A DNA stretch of 64,000 nt from an uncultured Novosphingobium sp. (GTDB taxonomy: Bacteria > Pseudomonadota > Alphaproteobacteria > Sphingomonadales > Sphingomonadaceae): contig CAYPRK010000010.1 in the NCBI GenBank assembly GCA_964413325.1, positions 47,595-111,594 on the forward strand. Reading direction: 5' to 3'. The notes below the pieces were generated by a model. That model searched no databases. It saw only the letters and a program-made list of their open reading frames with translations, and was not told the DNA's origin. A program made the translations under genes and the position numbers. Of the stretch, positions 44,785 through 54,335 are shown piece by piece; within the stretch, counting starts at the first letter, position 1; each line of letters begins with the position of its first letter.

Positions 44785-45227
44785 ACAGAACACTTCCTGA
44801 GCACACTCGCGCGGCCAACCGCAGCCCCAATGGGTTCACGCTGCTCGAACTGCTGGTCGTGCTGGCAATCCTCGGCCTGCTCGCCGCGATCGTCGGCCCG
44901 CAGGTAGTGCGCTACCTCGGCAGCTCGCGCAGCGAAGCAGCGCATGTGCAGGCGCGCAATATAGCCGCTTCCTTGCAGCTCTACCGGCTCGACATGGGCG
45001 GCTTCCCCACTGCCGAGGAAGGCCTCAAGGCACTTGTCACCGCGCCTGCCGGGCATCCCGAATGGAACGGGCCCTACCTCGCCGAGAGCTCGGCCCTGAC
45101 CGATCCATGGGGCCGCCCCTATCAGTTCAAGGTGCCGGGCGAACACGGCGAAGTCGATGTTTTCTCGCTCGGCTCAGATGGCGCAGTCGGCGGAACCGGC
45201 GAGGCGAAAGATGTCGGCAACTGGTGA
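44781..45227 (+). CDS. gspG: Major pseudopilin GspG
   Basis: G|FTLLELLVVLAI N-methylation motif, 'YRLDMGGFPT', 'WNGPYL', 'DPWGRPY', 'SLGSDG'. Confidence 0.95.
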   Translation: MNRTLPEHTRAANRSPNGFTLLELLVVLAILGLLAAIVGPQVVRYLGSSRSEAAHVQARNIAASLQLYRLDMGGFPTAEEGLKALVTAPAGHPEWNGPYLAESSALTDPWGRPYQFKVPGEHGEVDVFSLGSDGAVGGTGEAKDVGNW

Positions 45228-45627
45228 TCCCGCACCGCGCCATGCCGATGCCGGTTTCACGCTGTTCGAGCTTCTGGTCGCGGTCGCGATCATGAGCCTC
45301 GTTGCCGGCATTGCCTTTCCCGCGCTCCAGCAGGTCAACGCGCGGCGCACGCTGGACCATGCCCAGCGCGCTCTTGCCGTCGCCATCGTGACTGCGCGGG
45401 CCGAGGCGCTGACGCGTGGCCGTGTCGTCGCACTCGCCCCCGCAGCCGCAGCGCCGGACACACTGCTGGCGAACGGGCAGATCGTGGCAAAGCTCCCTTC
45501 CGGTGCCAGCGTGACCTGGCCGGCCGAGCGCCCGGTGTTCTATCCGGACGGTTCCGCACGCGGCGGGATGCTCTCGGTCACGGCGGACGGTGCCGTCCGG
45601 CAAGTCAATCCGGTTGCCCTCCCATGA
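45211..45627 (+). CDS. gspH: Minor pseudopilin GspH
   Basis: 'AG|FTLFELLVAVAI'; 'VFYPDGSARGG'. Confidence 0.85.
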   Translation: MSATGDPAPRHADAGFTLFELLVAVAIMSLVAGIAFPALQQVNARRTLDHAQRALAVAIVTARAEALTRGRVVALAPAAAAPDTLLANGQIVAKLPSGASVTWPAERPVFYPDGSARGGMLSVTADGAVRQVNPVALP

Positions 45628-45998
45628 GGGAAAGATCCGCACTGCCCGCACCCGAAGAGGCGGGATTTTCGCTGATCGAAGCCCTCGTTGCGCTGGCCGT
45701 GATCGCGGTTTCCGTCAGCGCCTTCCTCGCGGCGCTGGGACAGGATGCAAAGCTCGAAGGCGCGGCAAGCCGCCGCTCGCTTGCCGTTATGGTCGCCCGT
45801 TCCGCGCTGGACCGCGCGATGGGCGGCGATAACACTCCGTCAGGCCGCGATCAGGGTCTCGGCTGGCAGGTCTCGCGCCAGCCGCATGGCCTCACAGATC
45901 CGCTCGACCGGGTGCGGCTGGAGGATGTCGTCGTCACCGTTTCGAGCGACGGCATCACGCCCATCGTCACTCTGAAAAGCATCAGGGTGCGCCAGTGA
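45624..45998 (+). CDS. gspI: Minor pseudopilin GspI
   Basis: 'AG|[14 protein letters not shown]'; position in operon. Confidence 0.85.
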   Translation: MRERSALPAPEEAGFSLIEALVALAVIAVSVSAFLAALGQDAKLEGAASRRSLAVMVARSALDRAMGGDNTPSGRDQGLGWQVSRQPHGLTDPLDRVRLEDVVVTVSSDGITPIVTLKSIRVRQ

Positions 45999-46678
45999 CA
46001 GCCATCAAACGGGACAGCCGCGAGCGCGGGTTCTCGCTTGTCGAGATGCTGGTGGCGCTCGCCGTGACCGGCTTTGCCGCGCTGCTGCTGGCAACCGCGG
46101 TCGGCCGCATCGAAGGCGTGGTGCACAAGGGGCGGACTTCCTCGCAGGCGCTCGCGACCGTCTCGGCCGCGCAGCTTGGCCTGCGCGAGCGACTGGAGCG
46201 GGCCTTGCCCGAGCCTGATCCGCAGAACCCCAGTTCCGCCGTGGACTTTCGCGGCCAGTCCGCCGTGATGGACTGGGTCGGCACGCCGATCGACGCCGCT
46301 GCACCCGATGCGCTGTGGCGCTATCGTCTGGCGCGCACCGCCGATGGCCGGATTGCACTCTATCACCGCAGCAGCCTTTCCACTCTCGGCGATGAGCGCG
46401 GTCCCAGTCTGATCGGCTGGAGCGCTACCCCGCTGCTCGATGGCACCGCCGCTCTCGAGCTTTCCTATTTCGGCACGATTTCCGGCCCCGGCTCGCCGCG
46501 CGCGTGGCAGCAGAGCTGGGCTGCGCGCCGTGCCCTGCCCCTGCTGGTGCGCGTGCTCGTCCGCTTCCCTGAAGGCGACCGGCGGCGCTGGGCCGAACTC
46601 GTGGTGCGGCCGCGCGCCGTCTTGCCCGAAGATTGCCCGCCGCAGGGCGGCAGCGAACCCTGTGGAGATCCAGCATGA
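45995..46678 (+). CDS. gspJ: Minor pseudopilin GspJ
   Basis: 'RG|FSLVEMLVALAV'; 'W...ALPLLVRV'. Confidence 0.85.
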   Translation: MTAIKRDSRERGFSLVEMLVALAVTGFAALLLATAVGRIEGVVHKGRTSSQALATVSAAQLGLRERLERALPEPDPQNPSSAVDFRGQSAVMDWVGTPIDAAAPDALWRYRLARTADGRIALYHRSSLSTLGDERGPSLIGWSATPLLDGTAALELSYFGTISGPGSPRAWQQSWAARRALPLLVRVLVRFPEGDRRRWAELVVRPRAVLPEDCPPQGGSEPCGDPA

Positions 46679-47712
46679 GCGCCAACCTGAGCAGGCGCGG
46701 CATTCTCGATGCCGATATGCGCACCGTGGGCGGATGGATCGCCGATGGCACGCGCTGGTGGATCGGCGAACTGGGCGCGCTGGTTCCGCCAGCCATCGCC
46801 CATGCCCTGCGACCTGCGGCGACCAGCGTCGATTGGGCGCCGCAAAGAGCCGCCTTCTCGCCCGAACCGGCGCGCGGCAAGCCTTGGACGGTGCGCCTGC
46901 CAGCGAACATCGCGCTGGTCCGGCAGGTCGAGTTACCCGCTGTCGCGCCCCGCGCGCTTGGCACCATGGTAAGGCTTGAGGCCGACCGGCTGATGCCGTT
47001 CCCGCCCGGCGGACCGGTGGTGATCGCCGCGCTCCCGCAATCATCGGGCGCGCCGGGTGGCCGACAGCCCACCACCATCGCCGGGCTTGCCCCGGACGCC
47101 GCACGCGCGCTGGCTGATGCGATTGCGGCGGAACCGGCGCCCCCGCGCGCTGTGCTGGCACCGCTTCCCGGCGGCGGCGAGATCGATCTGCTGCCCGCCA
47201 TGGCCCGCGCCGGTCTGGTTCCCGATGAAGCAGGCCGCGCGCGGATCTGGTGGATGATCGTCGCCGCGCTGTTCGCACTCAACCTCGCGCTCATCACCTG
47301 GCGCGACATGGCGGCGGTCGACCGGCTGAACGATGCGATAGAGGCGCAGCAGCCCGCGCTCGCCGTCGCGCGCCGCATTTCTGGCCGCATCCGCGCCGAC
47401 AGTGCCCTGGCCGGTGCCGTCGCCGCAGAGCGCGAGAAGGCGGAGCCGTTGGCGCTGATGGCGCGGGTCGCCGCAGCGCTGCCGTCGGGTGTTTGGCTGC
47501 AGCGCTGGGGCTGGCAGGATGGCACGCTGCACCTTGCCGGCATGCGCCCGCCCGCGAGCGATGTCGCGGGCGCGCTGCGCAGGGCTGGCTTTGCCACCGT
47601 CCGCTATGCCGACAGCGCGGGCGACAGCAGCGCCGAGGCCGCCGCAACGCCGCTCGGCGTGCCCTTCGACGTCGTGCTGCAAGCGCCCGGCGCGGAAAAG
47701 GCCAGGCCATGA
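46675..47712 (+). CDS. gspL: Type II secretion protein GspL (PilN-like periplasmic domain)
   Basis: 'WWIGELGALVP' N-terminus, one TM, 'LPSGVWLQRW'; ATGA overlap with gspJ. Confidence 0.75.
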   Translation: MSANLSRRGILDADMRTVGGWIADGTRWWIGELGALVPPAIAHALRPAATSVDWAPQRAAFSPEPARGKPWTVRLPANIALVRQVELPAVAPRALGTMVRLEADRLMPFPPGGPVVIAALPQSSGAPGGRQPTTIAGLAPDAARALADAIAAEPAPPRAVLAPLPGGGEIDLLPAMARAGLVPDEAGRARIWWMIVAALFALNLALITWRDMAAVDRLNDAIEAQQPALAVARRISGRIRADSALAGAVAAEREKAEPLALMARVAAALPSGVWLQRWGWQDGTLHLAGMRPPASDVAGALRRAGFATVRYADSAGDSSAEAAATPLGVPFDVVLQAPGAEKARP

Positions 47713-48266
47713 ACGGACGCACACTCTCCCCGCGCGAGGCCCGCCTTGTGGCAATCCTCGTCCTTGTCGCGCTGATCGGACTTGTCTGGCTCCTGGTGCT
47801 GGGGCCTGTCCTCGGCGGTTTTGCCGAACGCAGCACCCAGCGGGACGAGTTGACCACGCGCCTTGCCGCCAACGACCGGATGATCGCCAGCGTGCCGCGC
47901 CTGCGCCGCGTCGCCGAAGCGCGTGAACGCGCGCTCGGCTCGGTGATCCAGATCGCGCCCGATGCAGCGTCTGCGAACGGCGCGCTGCGCGATCGCCTGC
48001 AGGCCGCGCTCGTGGCCACGGGCGGTTCCTTTCGCGGCGCTGAAGACTTGCCCGCCACCCGCACCCGCGTTTCCTGCCGCCTGCGCGCGCGGCTCTCGCC
48101 CGAACAACTGAACCGGTTCCTCGTGCTCATTCAGAACACGCGGCCGGCGCTCGTCGTCACCTCGCTCGTGGTCGGAGGCGAGGATGCCCTCGTCACTGGC
48201 CGCGCCTCAGATCTGGATGTCCAGCTTGAAGCCTCCGTTCCCGTTCGCCTGGCCGCGTCGCGGTAG
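47709..48266 (+). CDS. gspM: Type II secretion protein GspM
   Basis: 'LSPREARLVAIL', single TM, 'FLVLIQNTRPALVVTSL'. This is the real 3' part of listed ORF 47250..48266. Confidence 0.8.
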   Translation: MNGRTLSPREARLVAILVLVALIGLVWLLVLGPVLGGFAERSTQRDELTTRLAANDRMIASVPRLRRVAEARERALGSVIQIAPDAASANGALRDRLQAALVATGGSFRGAEDLPATRTRVSCRLRARLSPEQLNRFLVLIQNTRPALVVTSLVVGGEDALVTGRASDLDVQLEASVPVRLAASR

Positions 48267-48741
48267 TCCGGCGCGCCTGCCGGCCTTGCTCGTCCCGCTG
48301 CTGGGCGTGCTGGCGGCTGTGCAGCTGGCGTTGCCGCAAGGCGATGCGCCGGTCTCGAGCCCGGCCGTGGCGCAGCTCGCCTTGCCGCCTTTGCCGCAGC
48401 CCCCTGCGCAAGTTTCGCTGCCGCCCGTGCTGGCGCGGCGAGCGTTGTTCGCTTCCGGCTCGGCTGCAGACGCGGCAGGCGGCGCACCGTCCGCCCTGGC
48501 CGATCCGCTGGGCGGCATCCGCATCGCCGGGACGGTGCGCGAAGGCCGCGCCCTGCGCGCCGTAGTCCAGTGGCCGAACGGCCGCATTTCCTACGCCGGC
48601 ATCGGCAGCCACCTTGGCGACTGGTCGATCACCGCGCTGACCCCGTCGGCGGCGCGGCTCTCCGGGCCAGCCGGTTCCTTGAGCGTCACGTACGGCAGCC
48701 AGCCCCAGCCCCTTTCCATCGTTTCGGAAGACCAGCAATGA
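48184..48741 (+). CDS. Small GspC/GspN-like T2SS accessory protein
   Basis: Hydrophobic N-terminus, 'RRALF', 'RIAGTV', 'GDWSITAL' (HR-domain-like); lies between gspM and gspD. Start uncertain (TTG at 48286 is possible). Confidence 0.55.
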   Translation: MPSSLAAPQIWMSSLKPPFPFAWPRRGSPARLPALLVPLLGVLAAVQLALPQGDAPVSSPAVAQLALPPLPQPPAQVSLPPVLARRALFASGSAADAAGGAPSALADPLGGIRIAGTVREGRALRAVVQWPNGRISYAGIGSHLGDWSITALTPSAARLSGPAGSLSVTYGSQPQPLSIVSEDQQ

Positions 48742-50830
48742 CCAGCCTCCCATCGCAACTCGCCACCATCCTCGCTGTGCCGGTCGTTGTCGCTCCGGTG
48801 GTGGCGATGTCACAGGGCGAGCATATGGCGCAGCCACTGCCGGTCCCCGCGTTCGGCTTCGCTCCCGCCGCGACACCGCACATGGCCGAGCCGGCGATAC
48901 CGCAAACGCCCGCCGTCGCGCTCGAACCCGGCCGGCAGGTCAGCACAACCATCCTTGCTGGCGATACGGCGGCACCGGTCGCAGCGCGCCCCGCCGCGAA
49001 GCCGCCAGCGCACGGCTCGATTTCGCTCAATCTGCCTTCTGCGGATGTCTCCGTCGTCGCCCGTGCCGTGCTCGGCGATCTGCTGCGCCGCAACTACACG
49101 ATTGCCGAAGGCGTGACGGGCACCGTCTCGTTCGTCACGCCCTATCCGGTGGCGCGCCACGCGCTGCTGCCGATGCTGGAAGATGCCCTGCGCGCGGCCA
49201 ATCTCGCGCTCGTACCCGTGGCGGGGGGCTATGAAATCCAGCCTGTTGCCGGTGCCAGCGGAGTCGTCGGGGCCGATGTTGCCGGGTTCGGCAGCGAAGC
49301 GATCACCGTGCGCTTCATCAATACCGAGGAAGTGCGCAAGGTGCTCGATACCCTGCTGCCGGGCGTTGTTTCCTCCACCAATCCCACCACCGGCACGGTC
49401 ACGATCACCGGCACCAGCGGCCAGCGCAGCAGCGCGCGCGATCTCCTCAAGCAGTTCGATGTCGATTGGCTGCGCAACACCAGCTTCGCGCTCTATGTCC
49501 CGCACCGCACTGACGCGCGGCTGATCGTCCCGTCGCTCGACAAGCTGATCAACGCATCGGATTCGCCCACGCACGGCCTTGTCCGCCTGATCGCGATGGA
49601 TCAGGTCAACGGCATCCTCGCCATCAGCATGCAGCCGCAATACCTTACCGACGTCCAGCGCTGGGTCGAAATCCTCGACCGCGAAGGCGAAAGCGCCGAG
49701 CCGCGCATCTTCGTCTACCGCGTGCAGAACGGCCGCGCCCGCGATCTGACCCGCACAATCAACATGGCATTCGGCGGCGGCGGCGGCAATGGCAGCTCGG
49801 ATGGTTCCTACGGCACCGGCGGCGATCAGCCTGGTGCCTTCCCCGGCGCGCTTCCACCACCGCCTCCCGCCGCCGAACCGCGCGGTAACCTTGCGCCCGC
49901 GCCGCAATCCGCGAACGGCGCCGCAGCCAACGCTGCGCAGGTCACCCGCGTCACCGCCGACGAAGTGAACAACGCGGTTCTCGTCTATGCCACCCCGCGC
50001 CAGTACGCCGTGGTGGAGGACGCGCTGCGCAAGCTCGATCTGCCGCCGACGCAGGTCCTGATCGAAGCCGCAATTACCGAAGTCGGCCTCAACGATGATC
50101 TCGGCTTCGGCGTGCAGTGGAACTTCAACAGCAACGGCAACAGCCTCGGGGTCGGCACCGCAAGCACCGCGCCCGGCGGCGCGACCACGTTCACTTATGC
50201 CTATACCGGCAGCAATATCGCCGCATCGCTCAAGGCACTCGAACAGCGCACCAGCGTCAAGGTCGTCTCCGCGCCCAAGCTGCTGGTGCTCAACAACCAG
50301 ACCGCCGCGCTGCAGGTGGGCGATCAGGTGCCGATCTCGACCGGCACCGCCACCAATCTCACCAACAGCAATTCGGTCGTCAGCACGATCGAGTATCGCG
50401 ACACCGGCGTCATCCTCAAGATCACCCCGCGCGTGAATGCCAGCGGGGTGATCCAGCTCGATGTCAGCCAGGAAGTCAGCGACATCAGCAACGCCGCGCC
50501 CTCCGCGCAGACCCAGCAGCAATCGCCGACCATCTCGACTCGCCGCATTGCGACGACTGTTGCTGTGGCCGACAACCAGGTCATCGGCTCGGCGGCCTGT
50601 TCCGCGACAATACGCAGAACCTGCGCAACGGCATCCCGATCTTTTCACGCATTCCGGTGCTCGGCGGCCTGTTCGGCAACCAGCAGAAAGTACAGAAGCG
50701 AACCGAGCTGATCGTCCTTCTGAAGCCGCACGTGCTGCACGATCCGGACGAGGGCCGCGCCGCTACGGATGAACTGCGCAACAAGCTGAAGATGATGCGC
50801 CCGTTCGGTTCCGGCAATCAAATCCCGTGA
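48738..50830 (+). pseudogene. gspD: Type II secretion secretin GspD, interrupted by a 1-nt deletion at 50586-50587 (real lesion or sequencing error)
   Basis: N-domains and secretin motifs ('QVLIEAAITEV', 'KLLVLNNQTAALQVGDQVP', 'YRDTGVILKITPRVN') run to 'DNQVI'. The conserved tail 'LGGLFRD...GIPIFSRIPVLGGLFG...RTELIVLLKPHVL' continues in the -1 frame to 50830. Confidence 0.9.
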
Positions 50831-51690
50831 TGCAGGATCGCCGGCCTGAACCTGCAAGGCCGGAGCCTGATGGCTATGCCATGGTGGCGGCGGTCGTGGC
50901 CATGGCGGTGCTGTCGTTGCTGGCGCTCGAAATGATGGACTGGGCGCAGTTGGCAATCACCCGGACCGGCGGAGAACTCGCCCGCGCCCGGGCTGTCGCC
51001 GCGGCCGATGCCGGCGTCGCGCTGGCGCTGCACCGGGTTATCGATGGCGATGCGACCACCAATGCCATTTCCGATGGCCGCCCGTGGACCGAGACCTACG
51101 AAGGTGCGCGGCTTACGATGCGGCTGGTCTACGAACGCGGCAAAGTCCCGATCAACGTGATCGACGAAGCGACGGTGACCCGCCTGCTCGAGAAGCAAGG
51201 GCTGACCGGCAGCGCGCTGCTGCGGGCGCAGGACTCGCTGCTCGACTGGCTGGACGACGACGACGAGCCGCGCCCCTATGGCGCAGAAGCGCCGGACTAC
51301 GCCGCTGCGAGGATCGCCCCGCGCAACGGCTCCTTGCGCAGCGTTGCCGAACTGTCCCGCATTCGCGGGATCGGGCCTGAACTCGCCGCGCGCATGGCGC
51401 CGCTGATCACGGTTTCTCCCGAGGCGCGCTCGTTCGAGGCAGCGCATGCCGACCCGCGCGTACTGGCGATCATGCTACCTGATGGCGGCGCCGTCTCCGC
51501 GCTCATCCGTTCGCGCGAGCAGGCGGGCGCGCGCACTGCGCTGGAATTCGGCGAGACCAATTCGCTGAGCAGCGGGCCGATCACGATCCTGATCGACGCT
51601 GCCATCGACGGCGCGACTGCGCACCGCGAGGCCGAGATCGAACTGCTTGGCGGTCCCAGCAAGCGCTGGCGGATCAGATCGTGGAACTGA
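50827..51690 (+). CDS. gspK: Minor pseudopilin GspK
   Basis: 'DG|YAMVAAVV', 'ERGKVPIN', 'LLDWLDDDD', 'GAEAPDY', 'RNGSLRSVAELSRIRGI'. Confidence 0.9.
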   Translation: MMQDRRPEPARPEPDGYAMVAAVVAMAVLSLLALEMMDWAQLAITRTGGELARARAVAAADAGVALALHRVIDGDATTNAISDGRPWTETYEGARLTMRLVYERGKVPINVIDEATVTRLLEKQGLTGSALLRAQDSLLDWLDDDDEPRPYGAEAPDYAAARIAPRNGSLRSVAELSRIRGIGPELAARMAPLITVSPEARSFEAAHADPRVLAIMLPDGGAVSALIRSREQAGARTALEFGETNSLSSGPITILIDAAIDGATAHREAEIELLGGPSKRWRIRSWN

Positions 51691-51710
51691 CGCCCTCGCC
51701 TTGAAGGGCA

Positions 51711-52583
51711 TCAAGGCGTAGTCGCGTTGGCCCCATTGCTGGCGCCCGCCATGGCAAGGCCCCAAGGTGCGAACAGCCGCGCTGGTGCGGCGCTTTGCTG
51801 TGGCGCACCAGCGCGCAGCCGCACGCGACCCATGCCGGGCACAGCTGGTGCCAGCACATTCAGCGCCAGACCGCTCTCGCCGCGCGTGACGACCGGTCCG
51901 CTAGCGCCGCGCGCCGCATCCGCGGGCATGCGGTAAAACAAGTGCGCGCCGATCTGCGCGGTCATCTGCCCGGTCGACGCCCAATAGGGGTTCACGTAGT
52001 TTGCATGGTAATGCGTCGCACCGCGCACATGGTCCGGCGCGTAGCCGGCCAGCACCGAGACCGCCGTAGCCCGGGCCGCTTCGACGACCTCGCTCCTCAG
52101 CCGCCGCTGCAGCGAGCCATCGCAGGTAAAGGTGAACTGGCATCCGGTCCGCCGCGCCGAGCCATCGAACACCACGCCGCAGACCGTCTTGGGGAAACGA
52201 GGCTCGCGCAGGCGGTTGAGGATCACCTGGCCGACCGCTTCACGCCCCGCGAGCGGTTCATAGCCCGCTTCATAGGCAATCGCCGCCGTCATGCAGTCCA
52301 GCGCGCGCGACTGATCGGCTGCAGCCAGCAAGGGGCGCGTCGTGATCGTCGGCCTGATCGTGGCCGTGTCGGCGCCGCCGTTGTCCGGCGCGGCAGCGTT
52401 CTCGTCACCCCACGGTGCCGAAAACAGCGGCGATGCCATCCCGGTGGCAAAGGGGCGCGATCCGGCCGTATCCTGCGCCTGCGCCGGTGCAGCGATCAGC
52501 AGCAGCAGACCAAGCGCCATCCAGCCGAGCACGTTCAGCGTTCGCAGCGGTATCAAGGCGCGTGACAATCCAGAATCGGCCAT
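51711..52583 (-). CDS. SleB/CwlJ-family cell wall hydrolase
   Basis: 'CMTAAIAYEA', 'AVGQVILNR', 'FPKTVCGVV', 'CQFTF', 'ATHYHANYVNPYW'; RBS GGGAGGG precedes the ATG at 52583. Confidence 0.9.
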   Translation of the reverse strand: MADSGLSRALIPLRTLNVLGWMALGLLLLIAAPAQAQDTAGSRPFATGMASPLFSAPWGDENAAAPDNGGADTATIRPTITTRPLLAAADQSRALDCMTAAIAYEAGYEPLAGREAVGQVILNRLREPRFPKTVCGVVFDGSARRTGCQFTFTCDGSLQRRLRSEVVEAARATAVSVLAGYAPDHVRGATHYHANYVNPYWASTGQMTAQIGAHLFYRMPADAARGASGPVVTRGESGLALNVLAPAVPGMGRVRLRAGAPQQSAAPARLFAPWGLAMAGASNGANATTP

Positions 52584-52691
52584 CAAACCCTCCCTGATCC
52601 GCTCATAGTCTGACATTGTTTCACCCGATTGACACAATCGTGGGCGATGGGCCGCTAGGAACGGTATCGCAGCATGGAAGGTTTGTCACAC

Positions 52692-53240
52692 ATGGGTTCG
52701 GGTCGCATCGGGCTGCTCGCTCTGCTTTTCGCGGCCTTCGGGGTCTCTACCTCCGCATCCCCGGCCCAGGCCGCGAAGCTGCTGCCGTCCCGGATCTTCA
52801 CCTGCGACATTGGCCATGTGGTGAATTTCGATGCGAGCAAGCGGCAGACCCCGACCGACCTGAAGTTCGATACGCGGCACCGGTTTGTGTTCACGCTCGC
52901 CGGTGGCCCCGCGCGCACGGCCCCGCCGCCGGAACCCGGCGACAAGCCCGAAAAAGTGAACCCCGTCTCGCGCATAGTGTCCGATCCGGATCGCATTGCG
53001 CCCCAGCATCGCGCCCAGTTCGATCAGGTGGTGGATTACTGGCCAGATCGCATCGAACTGATGGGCATGATCAAAGGCGATCTGCGCAACGCGATCGTGA
53101 TCGACAGCTACGATGCCGCAGCCGGCACCGCCAACCTGTTCATGCTGCGCGCAACAGAACTGACGCACTTCGAACAGGGCCACATCTATCAGGGCTCCTG
53201 CCGCGTCACCCTGCGCGCTCCCGTCAGCCGCACGACCTGA
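52692..53240 (+). CDS. Secreted hypothetical protein
   Basis: Signal peptide (...SASPAQA|AK), beta-rich body with two Cys; divergent from the hydrolase gene. Confidence 0.7.
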   Translation: MGSGRIGLLALLFAAFGVSTSASPAQAAKLLPSRIFTCDIGHVVNFDASKRQTPTDLKFDTRHRFVFTLAGGPARTAPPPEPGDKPEKVNPVSRIVSDPDRIAPQHRAQFDQVVDYWPDRIELMGMIKGDLRNAIVIDSYDAAAGTANLFMLRATELTHFEQGHIYQGSCRVTLRAPVSRTT

Positions 53241-53268
53241 ATTTGCCCCGAAGCCTTTCGTTCAAGCG

Positions 53269-54210
53269 CTAAGCCTCGCGCGCCAGCCTGCGCAGGGTCT
53301 GGGGCGGCTGGCCATATTGGCGCATGAAGGCCTCGCGCATGCGGCGGATGTCGACGAAGCCGCACTCCCGGGCGATCTGGTCCATCGGATGGCGCGTCTC
53401 CTCCAGCATGAGCCGCGCTGCCTCGAGCCGCATCTGCTCGACCGCCTTGGCCGGGGTCTGGCCGGTCTCGGCGCGGAACGCACGCGCAAACTGGCGCGGG
53501 GAAAGCGCGGCGACTTCGGCCAGTTCCTCCACCGTCAGCGGGTTGGCGAGGTGCGCCTTCGCAAAGATCAATGCCTTCTGGATGCGGTCGCTGCTGGGGG
53601 CGAGCTCAAGCAGTTCGGAATGCTGCGACTGCCCCCCGGCGCGGCGGTGATGCATCACGAGGCGGCGCGCCACGGAACCGGCCACTTCCCGGCCAAGATC
53701 CTTCTCGATGAGCGCCACGGCAAGGTCGAGGCCAGCAGTCAGGCCAGCTGAGGTCCACACTGCGCCTTCGTTGATGAAGATGCGGTCATCCTCGACGCGG
53801 ACTTCCGGAAAATCCTCGCGCATCCGGCGGGCATAATTCCAATGAGTGGTCGCGCGGCGCCCATCAAGCAGGCCCATCTGGCCAAGGAGGAAAGCGCCGG
53901 TGCAAAGCCCGGCGACACGGCGCGATGCGCGGGCCATTGCGCGCAGCGTTTCCAGCGCGGCCTCTTCCTGCCGAGGCGGAGGCACCAGGCCCGCGAGCAG
54001 CAGCAGCGTATCGACCTGCCCCACATCGGCGAGCGCCACGGTAGGCACGGAAAACCCGCTTGAGGACTGGACCGGACCGCCGCTCACCGAAGCAATCGAG
54101 AGCGTGTAGCAGGGCTCGCGCTGCACCACATTGGCCAGTTCAAAGGCCGCCTGCACACCAAGCGCAAGGAACTGGAAGCCCGGTGTGAGCACCATCGAAA
54201 CGTGTGGCAT
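53269..54210 (-). CDS. GlxA-family transcriptional regulator (DJ-1/PfpI plus AraC)
   Basis: 'GLCTGAF', 'ATTHW', 'WTSAGLTAGLDL', 'RRAGGQSQ', C-terminal AraC double HTH. Confidence 0.95.
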   Translation of the reverse strand: MPHVSMVLTPGFQFLALGVQAAFELANVVQREPCYTLSIASVSGGPVQSSSGFSVPTVALADVGQVDTLLLLAGLVPPPRQEEAALETLRAMARASRRVAGLCTGAFLLGQMGLLDGRRATTHWNYARRMREDFPEVRVEDDRIFINEGAVWTSAGLTAGLDLAVALIEKDLGREVAGSVARRLVMHHRRAGGQSQHSELLELAPSSDRIQKALIFAKAHLANPLTVEELAEVAALSPRQFARAFRAETGQTPAKAVEQMRLEAARLMLEETRHPMDQIARECGFVDIRRMREAFMRQYGQPPQTLRRLAREA

Positions 54211-54335
54211 GCGGCCTCCAGACGGTATGTCCTGAAAACGTAATTTCTACGTCATATCAGTCATTGGTGGATCGGTCCATAAGGTCTGTGTCGAGAGCGA
54301 TGGCGCTCTCCCCGATCAGACCAAGGACACGAACC

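Noticed and set aside
50570-50600. Programmed -1 ribosomal frameshift in gspD
   Set aside because: No slippery heptamer is visible at the junction; a simple 1-nt deletion explains it.
50117-50830. 237 aa ORF as a separate gene
   Set aside because: Only its last 80 aa are meaningful, and they are the frameshifted C-terminus of gspD.
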